DNA of 64,000 bases from Anolis carolinensis. Taxonomy: Eukaryota. Where the stretch lies: the NCBI RefSeq assembly GCF_035594765.1, contig NC_085843.1, positions 242,645,971 to 242,709,970 on the forward strand, read 5' to 3'. Below are positions 24,499-36,207 of the stretch, one piece after another; the first letter of the stretch is position 1, and every line of letters starts with the position of its first letter. The notes below the pieces were generated by a model, which worked only from the letters and a program-made list of their open reading frames with translations, ran no database searches and was not told the origin of the DNA. A program made the translations under genes and the position numbers.

Positions 24499-24553
24499 GT
24501 GTGTATTGTACTATGCACAGCAAATAAATTATCCATAATGGAAGGATATCCAT
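24499..24553 (-). CDS. PIGX: PIGX first coding exon (signal peptide); full exon 24598-24499
   Basis: TTTCTTTGCAG acceptor at 24599 and C|GTAAGT donor. ATG 24553 gives hydrophobic MDILPLWIIYLLCIVQYT(H), and phase 1 joins exon 22206. Total CDS is 726 nt = 241 aa. Confidence 0.8.
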
Positions 24554-24776
24554 TTGAAGGTGCAAGCTCTTGTTCTACAGAGACATTTCAGAATAAAGCT
24601 GCAAAGAAAGTAAATCCCATCATGATACATTAGAATCCATTTAGAATCCTTTGTAACAAAACTGTGTGCCAAGGACAGCAGGAAAGATTAATTTAATCTA
24701 ACAAAACTCCTTAGATTAACATTCCAAAAACAGGGAGGAAAAGACATTTTAAAAAATTACTGTTTACAGTCTATAA

Positions 24777-24910
24777 CAAGCATGGACAAACTTCGTCCCT
24801 CCAGGTGTTTTGGACTTCAACTCCCACAATTCCTAACAGCCTATCAGCTGTTAGGAATTGTGGGAGTTGAAGTCCAAAACACCTGGAGGGCCCAAATTTG
24901 CCCAATCCTG
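24777..24910. mobile_element. hAT palindromic MITE
   Basis: CAAGCATGGACAAACTT...TTTGCCCAATCCTG with 8-bp TSD GTCTATAA/TTCTATAA. Confidence 0.8.
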
Positions 24911-24972
24911 TTCTATAAAATTTTCTAATTTGAAACTGCACGTCTTTAGTCCTACCATTCTCATGATTCTAA

Positions 24973-25606
24973 TCTATCAAACTATCTTCTATACACTATT
25001 ATATGTATGTGAAAATCTGTATGTGTTTATGTGTGTACTCCCACCTCCACAAACTGCACAGCGCTGAGGAGCTGGATCAAACTTCGCACACAGAGCCAAC
25101 ATGGCCAACTGTTAATACAAGTGGGGTTTGAGGGTGATTGTCCTTGGATCTGGGAGCTGTAGTTCATCCTTATCCAGAGAGCACTGAATCCAGCTGGTGA
25201 CAGATCTGGACCAAACCTGGCACACAGACCCAACATGGAAAACTGGGCATACAGGCAGGGTTTGGGGGTGATTGCCCTGAGAATCTGGGAGTTGTCGTTC
25301 ACTGCATCTAGAAAGCACTGAACCCAGCTGGCAACGGATCTGGACCAAACTTGGCACACAGACCCAACATGGCCAGCTGTGCATACAGGCCTGGTTTGGG
25401 GAGGACTGACCCACAATTCTGGGAACTGTAGCTCACCCACATCATTATGTATTTTCTAATGGGAGCATTCATTAAAAAAACAAAATCAAAGACTGGCTTT
25501 TTTCTAATAAATTGTGCTACTAATTAACTAAATGATATTACCTAACACCTCAGAACAAACAATACCTTTTTCAAATAACCTAGGCACTGCCGGGTATCCA
25601 AGCTAG
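24973..25606 (+). mobile_element. Non-autonomous Helitron with ~133-bp internal tandem repeats
   Basis: 3' hairpin (ACCTAGGCACTGCCGGGTA) followed by CTAG|T. Three repeat units start at ~25075, 25208 and 25342. The 5' boundary is approximate. Confidence 0.65.
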
Positions 25607-25610
25607 TAAT

Positions 25611-25653
<43 letters not shown>
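25607..25653. repeat. (TAA)n microsatellite
   Basis: Direct reading. Confidence 0.9.
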
Positions 25654-25734
25654 TTTTTAACCTGCCCTATCTCCCAAAGGGACTCAGGGCAACTTACAGG
25701 AAAAAAAAAACAATGGTAACATTCAATGCCCAAA

Positions 25735-26060
25735 AATCAGTAAGAACACTCTGAAAACAGAGGAATTATAGGCATGAATCAATCAGGGGCAGCTAACACC
25801 TCAGAACAAAGGATTCCCCCAAGCAGGAAGAAACCAGGTCTTGAAGCTGGCAAGTCCATTAATGCTAATCAAGGCGATTAATTACAACATTCACTCTGTC
25901 CTCCAACAGTTCTTTCTCCTACCCTGGATCTTCCACAGATATATAAACCTCCCTTGCTTAGTTTTCCAAAATACCTCACAACCTCTGAGGATTCCTGCCA
26001 TAGATGTGGGAGAAATGCTTCTGGAACATGGCCATACGGCCCGGAAAATGCACAAGAACC
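25735..26060 (+). mobile_element. Penelope pLTR fragment
   Basis: Similar to the copy at 50190-50527. Confidence 0.75.
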
Positions 26061-26445
26061 AAATAAGAACGTACAACAGATCAAAACAAAATTCAATAAA
26101 ATTTATAAAAGAGGATTCTGTGGGTACATCTACACTGTAAAATTAATGCAGTTTTGATACCACTTTTAACTTACATAGCTCAATGCTATGGAATACTGGG
26201 GGTTTTTTAAAGAGGTCTTTAGCTTTCTCTTCCTCACCAGGCTACAAATCCCACTATTCCATAGCATTGAGCCATGGCAGTTAAAGCGGTATCGAAATGC
26301 ATCAGTGTTGCAATGTAGATGCCTTCTTAAGTGGAAAACATACAGGCTGATCTTACAACGGCCACTGCCATCCCTCCTCCTGACTATTCCTTCTTATCTT
26401 TGCTCTCTCGTCCCTTCCCCCCTTCCTCCCCCATTCAAGACTTAC

Positions 26446-26530
26446 GTTTCCTTGTCACCTGATGCTTAACCTCACGCTGACCTAGGAAGCAAAACCGGGG
26501 CATAGAGGAGCTCTTTTGTTTTGCTTCCGG
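26446..26530 (-). other. PIGX: PIGX probable 5'-UTR exon 1, carrying a uORF ATG at 26503
   Basis: Perfect donor C|GTAAGT at 26446/26445 next to the CEP19 start region. The TSS is not defined. Confidence 0.6.
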
Positions 26531-26746
26531 CTTAAGGTATTTCACCCTACAGCTGATCCCTTCAGAGCTTTTTCTCTCTTGTTTTCCTATTGCCATCCTC
26601 TCGGCCTGTAATAAGGAAGCCCCTTGTGGCGGCTTCTAAAATGTTACTGCCTCCTGTCAGCTGCTTTTCTGAAATAGTTGTTCAAATTCCTCCTTAGGCC
26701 AAATGAGTGGAATGTCTTCGGCCTGAGCTGACAAGTAGGAACGGAG
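26500..26746. promoter_or_regulatory. Bidirectional PIGX/CEP19 promoter region
   Basis: Head-to-head genes about 250 bp apart, with an ETS/GABP-type GCTTCCGG at ~26523-26530. Confidence 0.6.
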
Positions 26747-26876
26747 ATGTCCTTCCTGGCTAAGAAATGTGGCCTCCAGTTACAGCCGCCCTCTATCATT
26801 CTCATCTATGAGGATCAGCTCAAGAATAACATCCGCAAGCGCATCATGCCTGTTCGGAATTTCTCCAGGTTTTCAG
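26747..26876 (+). CDS. CEP19: CEP19 coding exon 1
   Basis: [43 protein letters not shown] matches the CEP19 N-terminus. Donor G|GTAAAA, 130 nt. Confidence 0.95.
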
Positions 26877-26921
26877 GTAAAACATTCGCATTTTGCTATG
26901 GATCTCCCCTAGCATCTAGAT

Positions 26922-27800
26922 CAGGCATGGGCCAACTTGGGCCCTCCAGGTGTTTTGGACTTCAACTCCCACAATTCCTAACAGCCGGTAGGCTGTTAGG
27001 AATTGTGGGAGTTGAAGTCCAAAACACCTGGAGGGCCCAAGTTGGCCCATGCCTGGCCTACTGGGAGTTGAAGTCCAAAACACCTGGAGGGCCCAAGTTG
27101 ACCCATGCCTGGCCTACTGGGAGTTGAAGTCCAAAACACCTGGAGGGCCCAAGTTGGCCCATTACGGATAGGTCCAGCACAGCAATAGAGGATGGATGTC
27201 TAGGTGAGTCTACACCAGGCATGGGCAAACTTCGACCTTCACGAAACTACATTTCCCAGAATCCCATAACATTGAGCCATGGCAGTTAAAGTATCAAGGC
27301 GCATTAATTCAACAGTGTAGACCAGGCATGGGCAAACTCCGGCCCTCAAGATGTTTTGGACTTCCACTCCCACTGATCCTGGTAGGCTGTTAGGAATTGT
27401 GGGAGTTGAAGTCCAAAACATCTGGAGGGCTGGAATTTGCCCATGCCTGATAGATGCTGCACAGCAACAGAGTATTGATGTCTAGGTGAATCTACACTAG
27501 GCACAAGCAAATTCTGGCCCTCCAGGTGTTTTTGACTTCAACTCCCACAATTCCTAACTGCCAGTAGGCTGTTAGGAATGGTGGGAGCTGAAATCCAAAA
27601 CACCTAGAGGGCTAGAGTTTGCCCATGCCTGGTCTACACTGTTGAATTAATGCAGCTTGATACCACTTCAACTACCATGGCTTAATGCTATGGGATCCTG
27701 GGAATTGTAATTTCGTGTGGCTCCAGCACACTCTGTCAGAGAAGGTTTAAAGACCTTGTCAAACTGAAACTCCTGTGGTATGAGAGAATTTCAGCTTGTA
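26922..27800. mobile_element. Composite cluster of hAT and Harbinger MITEs in the CEP19 intron
   Basis: hAT MITEs at 26922-27055, 27323-27449 and 27498-27631, 56-bp tandem half-MITE units at ~27005-27162, and Harbinger MITE halves. Confidence 0.75.
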
Positions 27801-27897
27801 GTTGAAGTCCAAAACACCTGGCCTACTGGGAGAAATTATCTATATATGAATTACAGTTGTTTCGAAAGGAACAAATGACAGCATTGGAATCACTATG

Positions 27898-28048
27898 AGG
27901 CCCCTTCCACACAGCTGAATAAAATCTCACATTTTCTGTTTTGAACTTGAATATATGGCAGTGTGAACTCAGATAACCCAGTTTAAAGCAGATATTGTGG
28001 GTTATTCTGCCTTTATATTTTGGGTTATATGACTTTGTGGAAGGGCCC
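27898..28048. mobile_element. Harbinger-like MITE
   Basis: GGCCCCTTCCACACAGC...TTGTGGAAGGGCCC. Confidence 0.7.
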
Positions 28049-28375
28049 AAAGTCTTCTTTGCGGAGAGAAAAAGCTGGGTATAAATCATCATAAAAACAA
28101 CACCATTTTAGAGTTTAGAAATGTTACATTTTTGTACCGTGCTTGCCTTGTGCCCTGTAAATCCCAAACCAATTAGTTTTCTCTAATTCTGTAATAACAG
28201 CCCTTTTTAATATATAAAGCAACTCAGCTGAGAACTGCATATTTGGAGTCAACATGGGTAAATTGTAGGGATGATGCAGATATTTGATCTGGATCTTGAC
28301 ACCTGGTTAACTGCTTGTTTATTTTAACTTTGGTTGTAATGTGGGTTGTATGCTGTATGAGTATATGTCAAGTGC

Positions 28376-28465
28376 GGGTTGCTGTGAGTTTTCTGGGCTG
28401 TATGGCCATATTCCAGAAGCATTCTCTCCTGATGTTTTGCCCACATCTGTGGGAGGCATCCTCAA
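28376..28465 (-). mobile_element. Penelope pLTR 3' piece
   Basis: Reverse complement of the pLTR end (GAGGATGCC..AGATGTGGGCAAAACATCAGGAGAGAATGCTTCTGG). Confidence 0.7.
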
Positions 28466-29009
28466 AATGTGTTTGCCTAGTGTTTTGATACGGCCAATGG
28501 GCTAATCAATAAAACAAACTTTACCTTAATTCTGTAAAGCCTTTGTTTGTTAAGTACTGGTGCCTTTTAGCAATTGCACACACACAGCTAAGTATATTTT
28601 CAAAGCCTAACCTACAGTATTATCATGTTACATGTTTATAGTATATCAGAATGAGAAACCTGTCCCAGAATTCTATAGAGGCTATCTCAGATCAGTTTTC
28701 CATGTAATAGATATACTAGCAATATTTTAGTCTCACCTCAACATACAGATAGCAAGAAATGAAAATGAATCCAATGAGGTGTGATGTTTTGTAAACTGGA
28801 TGACAGCTTTGGAGACCTGAATATGAAACCCTACTCAGCCAGAGTGACCTTAGAGTGACCTTGGGGACATCACACTCTCACAGCCTCAGATGAAAGCAAA
28901 GGCAAACACCCTCTGAACAAAACTTTCCAAGAAAACTCTATGACAAATCACCTTATAGTTGACAGGTCAGAAATTTCTTGAAAGCACATAAGCAGGCTTG
29001 TTTTTTGCC

Positions 29010-29256
29010 ACTCCAGAGAGGGAGTAGTGGATTCAAACTGCAGAAAAAGAGATCCCACCTAAACATTAGGAACTTCCTGATGATGACATCAAAGAAATAG
29101 TGGAGTATGCTGCCTCAAAATGTTGTGGAACCTCTTTCTTTGAAAGTTTTTAAATGTAGACTAGATAACCATCCCTTGGGAGTGCTTTTATTGTGTATTC
29201 ATGTGTGGCAGGAAGTTGGACTGAATGATGCTTGTGGTCTCTTCCAACTGTGATTC
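29010..29256 (+). mobile_element. Degenerate CR1 3' end
   Basis: Aligns by eye to 2430-2670. Confidence 0.6.
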
Positions 29257-29400
29257 TTACAACAAAGGAATGAAGTCATCTCCATTGACTTCCTATACTG
29301 TTAGATTTGCTTTAAAATTACTTTTAAATGTATAATTTCCAAATAGTCTTTAAATATTTATGTTTTTTGTTATCTGGTTTATTTTTCTCCTTTGATGCAG

Positions 29401-29762
29401 ATTGCAGCAGGGCAGCAGAACAGCTAAAGAATAACCCTAGACATAAAGCTTATTTGAATGGAGTTTCACTGGAACAGCTACAAAAGTTACACCGTTTACT
29501 GAGATGCCACTTGGAGGGACAAAGTCTAACTCAGAGTTTGGAGCAAATTAAGCGGGAAGAAACACTTGATCCGGAAGAAGACTTGAACAAACTGGATGAC
29601 AAGGAGCTAGCCAAGAGGAAAAAAATCATGGATGAGTTGTTTGAAAAGAACAGGAAAAAGAAAGATGATCCTGATTTCATCTATGATGTCGAGGTGGCAT
29701 TCCCACAGGATGAGGAGCTTGAATCCTGTGAGTGGGACACAAAGTCAGATGAGGAGTTTTGA
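29401..29762 (+). CDS. CEP19: CEP19 coding exon 2
   Basis: TGCAG|AT acceptor. (D)[18 protein letters not shown]...[48 protein letters not shown]. Total 163 aa. Confidence 0.96.
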
Positions 29763-30234
29763 CCCAGAAGAATGCTCTGGGCTTATGGTGTGTTACCCTG
29801 GGAATGAAAAAAAAAAACCCAAAATAATAGGCCATTGTATTTTAGCAACAAAAACTTGATTTTGAAAGCCAGTTATATCTTGTCAATTATATCAAAGTTA
29901 TTTTTTCCTATTTTTAGCATATAAAAATGTTGTTAACTTTTTTTTAAACACGACTATACTATCTTTATTTACCAGCTGTAGGTGAGTTCTTTCCTTCAAC
30001 ACATATAGTATATAAAAACAAATTTTCAAGTTTTAAAAATCTCTACAACTGCATTCTATTAGTGATGTGTTAGCCATGCTATACAAATTACCCATATTTT
30101 CTATAGAACAACAAATGTATTTTGCTGATAGAGGCAGATGCAGAGTTGTACATTCAGTAATGTGGTGCATTGTGGTTATGCACTATGCATTGTACAGCAG
30201 TACCCACTCATTGACATACATTTTGAATGTTGCT

Positions 30235-31003
30235 ATTCTCCCAGCATTCTCTCAGAATTCTATCAGTCATTTGGGGTGTTTTCTACATGTTTGCAGAGTA
30301 CTTTACACTAATCATACATGTTCATTTTGTCAGTCACAGATAGTTTTCTGCGTTGTTCATCTATGAAAAAACAGACTGCCTGTTTCTCCATAATGTATTT
30401 TCATATAGATTGCAGCAGCTATTCACCAGGCCTATGAAATGGCAGACAAATAGTCCTGCCCCAGCAAGAAGTCGCTCAACTAAGAATTGTTGCAGTATTG
30501 ACTGCTTTTCTGAAAGGGCTTCCACTCCACAATATCTGTATAGCTACTACGTGATCTGGACCACTCACTTTCACATCACGTCTTAGATTAGACTTAGTCC
30601 CAAATGAGCCTGCATTTGAGAGGGTGATTCTTTTTTCCTGTGGCATGACACTCCCTCTTCCTATGGTTAGGAGCTTGCTAGTCTTCTATTTGTGTGAATT
30701 ACAGAGACCATGAAGAAAGAGGAGAGGTTGCTTACTTGTAAGTGTAATTCTGCAAGTGGTCATCTCTGAACAAGCAGAAACCTGCCCATCCTATCTTTGA
30801 GGTGTTCTGCCTTTTACTTAGATCCTTATATGCTACTTTGGCTTCCATGTAATTGAGAGTTGGAAATGTGCTGTGTGGTGTGAATGGAGACTGGGGGCCT
30901 GTTACTGAAAATTAGTAGGTTCCAAATGTTCTCTACAGGTGCCCAATTTGTGTGAATTCACTACTGCCAATTCAAGGAACTACAGTGATAGGTAAGCAGC
31001 CTG
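30235..31003 (+). mobile_element. Degenerate DIRS retrotransposon 3' end (tyrosine recombinase remnant and inverted repeats)
   Basis: Frameshifted YR C-terminus (LHVCRVL..; RSRSTK; VAVLTAFLKGLPLHNICIATT*SGPLTFTSRLRLDL..EPAFERVIL). Inverted repeats GGTTGCTTACTTGTAAGTGTAATTC (30726) and GAACTACAGTGATAGGTAAGCAGCC (~30978-31001). Confidence 0.7.
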
Positions 31004-31474
31004 TCCATGGGTGTTAGTTGCTCACAGTATAAAATAAGAGCCTTGCTATAGTTATTATTTGTTGTAGTTCCCAGCAGCAATTTTCCTTCTGCTCCATGAA
31101 CACATTTCTTCGCATATGCAGTCTGTAAGGTGACTACTCCATAGTGTTTATTCCACAGGGACACACAGGCATAACATTTTCATTCAAGGGAACATTTATG
31201 CACTCCCATAATTTTCTGCAGAGCATGGAGGTCTTTATTATGGGTAGAAGGCCTAACTAGCACTATATGAAGCTACACTGCCAAATAATCCAGTTCAATG
31301 AAGTTAATCTGCATTATATGGCAGTGTAGACGGGGCCACAGAATTCTTAGCCCTGATAAATTTCTTGAAGGCAAAGAGACAGCTCTCCTATGCCACTTAA
31401 AGATATGGGTTCAAAAGACACACAGCCACTGATTTTATCAATCCATCATTAAATGTGTCATTCCAAATATGCAA

Positions 31475-32090
31475 TAATTTATTATTTATTTATTTATTTA
31501 TTTATTTGCTATATTTATACCCTACCTTTCTCCCCGAGGGGACTCAAGGCGGCTAAAAATCACACACCTTGATCAATTTAAAACAAAATGAATACAAAAA
31601 TTTAAAAAACAAATAGTATTGTGTGTCTGGTTCAAAATACAATTAAAACATAATACATACAATTAAAATGCATTTTAAAACATATAACCCCCTCCAAAAA
31701 AAATCCCACCCACAACCTCACCAGCAGCATGCCCCTCATCCTTTTCCAAATGCCTGCTGGCAAAGGAAGGTCTTAATCTGCTTGCATAAAGCCAGCAGGG
31801 ATGGGGCTATCCTAGTGTCTCTTGGGAGAGAGTTCCAGAATCTGGGAGCAGCCACCAAAAAGGCCTTCCCCAGTCGATCGTAGATGTCTACCAGGTTTAT
31901 AGAGAGGTGGTCCTTCAGATAACCTGATCCAGAACCTATATAGGGCTTTGTAGGTCGAAACCAGCACTTTGAATTGTGCTCAGAAACATGTTGGCAGCCA
32001 GTGGAGCTGTTGCAACAGCGGAGCCATGCTCTCCCTGTGGACAGCCCCAATTGGCAGTCTGGCTGCTGCTCTTTGAACCAACTGAAGTTG
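31475..32090 (-). mobile_element. L2 LINE 3' fragment
   Basis: Minus-strand peptide AFLVAAPRFWNSLP..IAPSLLAL.KQIKTFL.QQAF plus an L2 stem-loop tail and (AAAT)n. Confidence 0.8.
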
Positions 32091-32336
32091 GTTCAAATAT
32101 TACATGGATATTGAAAATATAATTTAAGAACATATCTAATATTTGGTCTCCAGAGGGCAATGTTGTGAAAGTTGCAAAATGTTTACAAATCTTGATACTT
32201 TGCAGAAAGCTGACATTATTGAAATACATACAGAGGAGATTGTGAATAACATATCAAACCATCCTTGAAAAAAACATTTTGGTGATCTAAATAAACATGA
32301 AAAGTAGATAAACTCTATTGATTTTTCCTTATTTGA

Positions 32337-34590
32337 CAACAACAACAACAACAACAACAATTTATTGATTAGCCAGTTGGCCTTATCAAAGACAGACAAT
32401 ACAAAAACAACATACAACATACATCTGGTTCACTTAAAATAAAATACAGATATACAGGTGTCTGCCTGCATGGTGCCATTGTACTTTAGCTAAAGATCTA
32501 TGCATCAACTATCCTCATCTCCCCTGCACTGCACCCCAATCTGATCTATGTACTCTGATCTCCTTTTAGCAGCTTTAAACAAATACAGGGCCACTTTTGT
32601 TGTCAGAGTGGGGTTATAACCGGCTAACAAAAATGAAGTTTTGACCTCAATAGACCAGCTTGTTTTATTACCAATAAAAGGCCATAAGTATTGTTTCCTT
32701 TCTTTTTTATATAGGTTACAGTTGTGCAAAATGTGGTTCAAATTTTCAACTTCAGGGCTGCCGCAAATACATAATCTTTCTTCATACGGGATATGATTGA
32801 ATCTGCCGTGTCTCTCCATGGACTCCATTTGTTCAAATCTTGCCCTAGTGAAAGTGATTCTTAGGTGTCTTGGGATATCTGCTTTTAGGTACAGTGCCCT
32901 CTGGAAATTATGTTTAAAGTGTCCTAACCACTTCAGAGATCCTGTATTAGACAGGGTGTCTATGTCTTTTTGGGCTTCAATATCTAGGATTCTTTGGATT
33001 ACTGTCCTTTTTTCGGCATCCCTATTCTGGTCTGATGAAGTAAATTGTAATCCACAGGAGCAAAGAAGCCTTGATAGTTGTTCTGCCCAGGAGTCTTGGT
33101 TAAAACCATTAGATTGTTCTAAGAAGCACAATTTTGGCAGTCTGTTATTTTCAAGATTTTTTCTTTTAGCCCAATAGTTAAAGGCCCTGATTTTGGCGAG
33201 ACCTTCAATAGAATGTATTTCTAACTCTGCTCTAACTGCGGCAGCGGTGGTCTTAGCGTCAACGCCAAGTATCTGTCTTAAAAATTTTGATTGCGTTTGT
33301 TCTAGTATTGGTAGTTTGCTTAGGCCCCAGATTTCTGTTCCATATAGTATCATGGGGAGGATTTTTGCTTTATAAACTTTGATTATTGGAGTTAAAGAGC
33401 CAGGATATCTATGGGTTAGCAGTCTTGCCAGTGTGTTGGAGCGTGCCCTAGTTTTGATCGCACAAGATTGAGAATGTGCCAACCAAGAGCCAGTCTCTGA
33501 ATATACTAAGCCTAGATATGTAAAAGAGCTAACCTGTTCTATATGCTCTGCATCTAGAGCCCATTTGTGTCTAGATGGGCGCTTTCCGAAAACCATAATT
33601 TTTGACTTGGTTTTGTTTATTGTCAGCTCATTTTTGTGGGCGTAGATGTTAAGTTTGATTAGTAATCTTCGTAAACCTATTTGGGTATTAGACATAAGAA
33701 CCATGTCGTCCGCATATAGAAGAGTATTTATGTGTCTGTTACCAATTATAGGCATATGAACCTCGGAGCTGCTGAGGTGGTCTGGCAGGTCATTGATATA
33801 AAGGTTGAAAAGTAAAGGGGCTAATAAACAGCCTTGTCTTACACCTTTGCAGGAGTCAATTCTCTTTGTCAAGGCACCACTGGTTCCTGTCCTAACCTGG
33901 ATATGGTTGTTGGAATATAAACTTTTGATCAGGAGTAGTAATCTACGGTCTATTCCATGTACTGTTAGTTTTTGACAGAGGAGCTCTCTGTTGATGCTGT
34001 CAAAGGCTGCATTTAGATCAATGAAAGCAACATAAAGTCTACCCTTTCTTTTTAGATGTTTATATATTAGGTGGTTTAGGATAAAACAGTTATCCATGGT
34101 GGATCTACCTGATCTGAAGCCGGCTTGTTCTTCTGATAGAATTTTATTTGCATATTCCCAAAGCTCTAATTTAGAAAGAAGTACTTTAGAGTAGATTTTG
34201 GCCACTATATCTATTAGACTGATAGGTCTGTAGTTTTTTGGATCTTTTTTGCACCCTTTTTTGTAAATAGGGATAATTATTGCCAATTTCCAACTGGTAG
34301 GAATGTTGGCAGTGTTATTTATGTGATTACATAGACCTGCTATTAGGGGGGCCCACCATTCAGGGTTGGATTTAAATAACTCTGGTGGTAAAAAGTCTTC
34401 TCCAGGAGCTTTATTGTTGTTAAGGCTTTCAATTATACTCTTTATTTCCTGTACGGTAATCGGGGGCCAGTCTGGCAGATTTTCGGGGCTGTCTATACTA
34501 GGAGCAAGATATTTCTTTGGAAGGGGCGGGGGGCAAACATTTGAGAAAAATAGATCTCCCAATTTGCTGCAGAAATAGGGGCATCGAATG
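32337..34590 (-). mobile_element. RTE-X-like non-LTR retrotransposon, 5'-truncated, with an intact RT ORF (32505-34562)
   Basis: Uninterrupted 685-aa frame: KAPGED, NYRPISL, EEQAGFR, AFIDLNAAFDS, GVRQGCLLAPLLF, LLYADD, and C-terminal ERLCICG..EVENLNHILHNC. 3' end GGCTAATCAATAAA(TTG)n. Clade assignment is by eye. Confidence 0.85.
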
Positions 34591-34724
34591 CATATTTCCT
34601 TTCTTTGACAAATTTGTCATGAGCCTTCAATTTCTAAGCTATATTGACTAAGACAATCCTATCATCAGGCTTTCTTGACAAGATTTGTTCCATGCAGGTT
34701 TGCCACTGCCTTCCATTGAGGCTG

Positions 34725-35375
34725 AGAAAGTATAATTTGGCCATAGTGGTGCACACCTTGGTAACATCTCATTTGGATTATTGTAATGTGCTATATGTGG
34801 AGCTGCCTTTGAAATTTCTGTTAGCCCAAAGGGAGGCAGCCAGGCTATTAACTAGGGCTGGCTACAGAAAGCGCACAACTCCCCTGTTGCAATGGCTTCA
34901 TTGGCTGCCAGTTCATTTCTGGGCACAATTCAAAGTGCCAGCTTTGATTTAGAAAGCCCTATATGACTAGGATACAGGTTATTTGAAGTATTGTATCTTT
35001 CTTTATGAACCTGTTGAAACACTACAATCACCAGGAGAAGGCCTTCTTTCTGCCCTATTTCTCACTCAAGTGATTTTGTTGATAACAAGGGAAAGGGACT
35101 TTTTGGGTGGCTACTACCAGACTTTGGAACACCCTCCCTGGATGTGGGTTGAGCTTTTAAAGGTAATGTGAATGAGATTTTAAAGTGTGGATAACATTTG
35201 AATATATTTCAATATTTTAATGTTAATAGTTTTAATATAAGTTGTTTAATTGTTTTTAAATTTTATATTTATTTTTATATATATTTGCACTGTCTTATAT
35301 TTATTGTTAGTGTCATGAGTCCCCACATTGGGAGAAAAGTAGGATAAAAATGAAGTAAATAATAATAAATAATAA
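34725..35375 (+). mobile_element. Old L2 LINE 3' portion
   Basis: LAIVVHTLVTSHLDYCNVLYVELPLK..AARLLT..TPLLQWLHWLPV..QFKV and an L2 tail at ~35305-35375. Confidence 0.8.
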
Positions 35376-35730
35376 AGGTCACCCAGAGGGTTTTTATGGT
35401 TGAATGAGATTCAAGGTCTGGTTTCCCAAATTTCTAGTCCAGTAACTCAGATCAGCTGCACACTGACTGCTTAAAAACTGGTTTTGTTAAAATAAGGCAT
35501 AGAGTTAACCTGTGACAGAAAATTACTTAGTAAAGTTTTCTCACTATATTCTACCCCATTATCAGAACATACATAAACATGTAATGTGAGATTTTTGAAA
35601 AAAATTAACATCAAAATTTGATTTTACTATTGAAAACAATACGTCTGAAATCAGTATCTTTACTCCTATACTGTGATGCAGTGGTTTCAACTTTTAAAAT
35701 ATGTGTAGCCCCTTTTTCATATATGTATTC

Positions 35731-36207
35731 AAATTTATTTATTTATTTACAGTATTTATATTCCACCCTTCTCACCCCGAAGGGGACTCAGGGCGGATTG
35801 CATGAACACATATATGGCAAACATTCAATGCCAACAGACAAACAACATTCAGTTTTAGACAGACACAGAGGCATTTTTTAAACATATTTCCAGCTTCACG
35901 ATTCCGGCCACAGGGGGAGCTGTTGCTTCACCGTCCATTGGTGGTGGTTCTTCCTCATTCCTTTCCTCGTGAGCAGTTTTATGGTGTTGTAGATTAGTTA
36001 AATTAGCCTCCCGCATAAAGCGTACCTAAATTTTCCCTACTTGACAGATGCAACTGTCTTTCGGGGCTGCTAGGTCAACAGCAAGCCGGGGCTATTTTTT
36101 TTTTATGGTCGGAGGCTTAACCCGACCCGGGCTTCGAACTCATGACCTCTCGTCAGTAGTGATTTATAGCAGCTGGTTACTAGCCAGCTGCGCCACAGCC
36201 TGGCCCC
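35731..36207 (-). mobile_element. tRNA-derived SINE with L2-like tail (AnolisSINE2-like)
   Basis: A box TGGCGCAGCTGG, B box GAGTTCGAAGCC, L2 stem-loop tail and (AAAT)n. Confidence 0.75.

Noticed and set aside
26877-27127. C-terminal 83 aa of the 126-aa ORF starting at the CEP19 ATG
   Set aside because: This is intron read-through into hAT MITEs. The real exon ends at the donor at 26876.
27005-27162. CRISPR-like repeat array
   Set aside because: The units are contiguous 56-bp tandem copies of a MITE arm with no unique spacers, in eukaryotic DNA with no cas genes.
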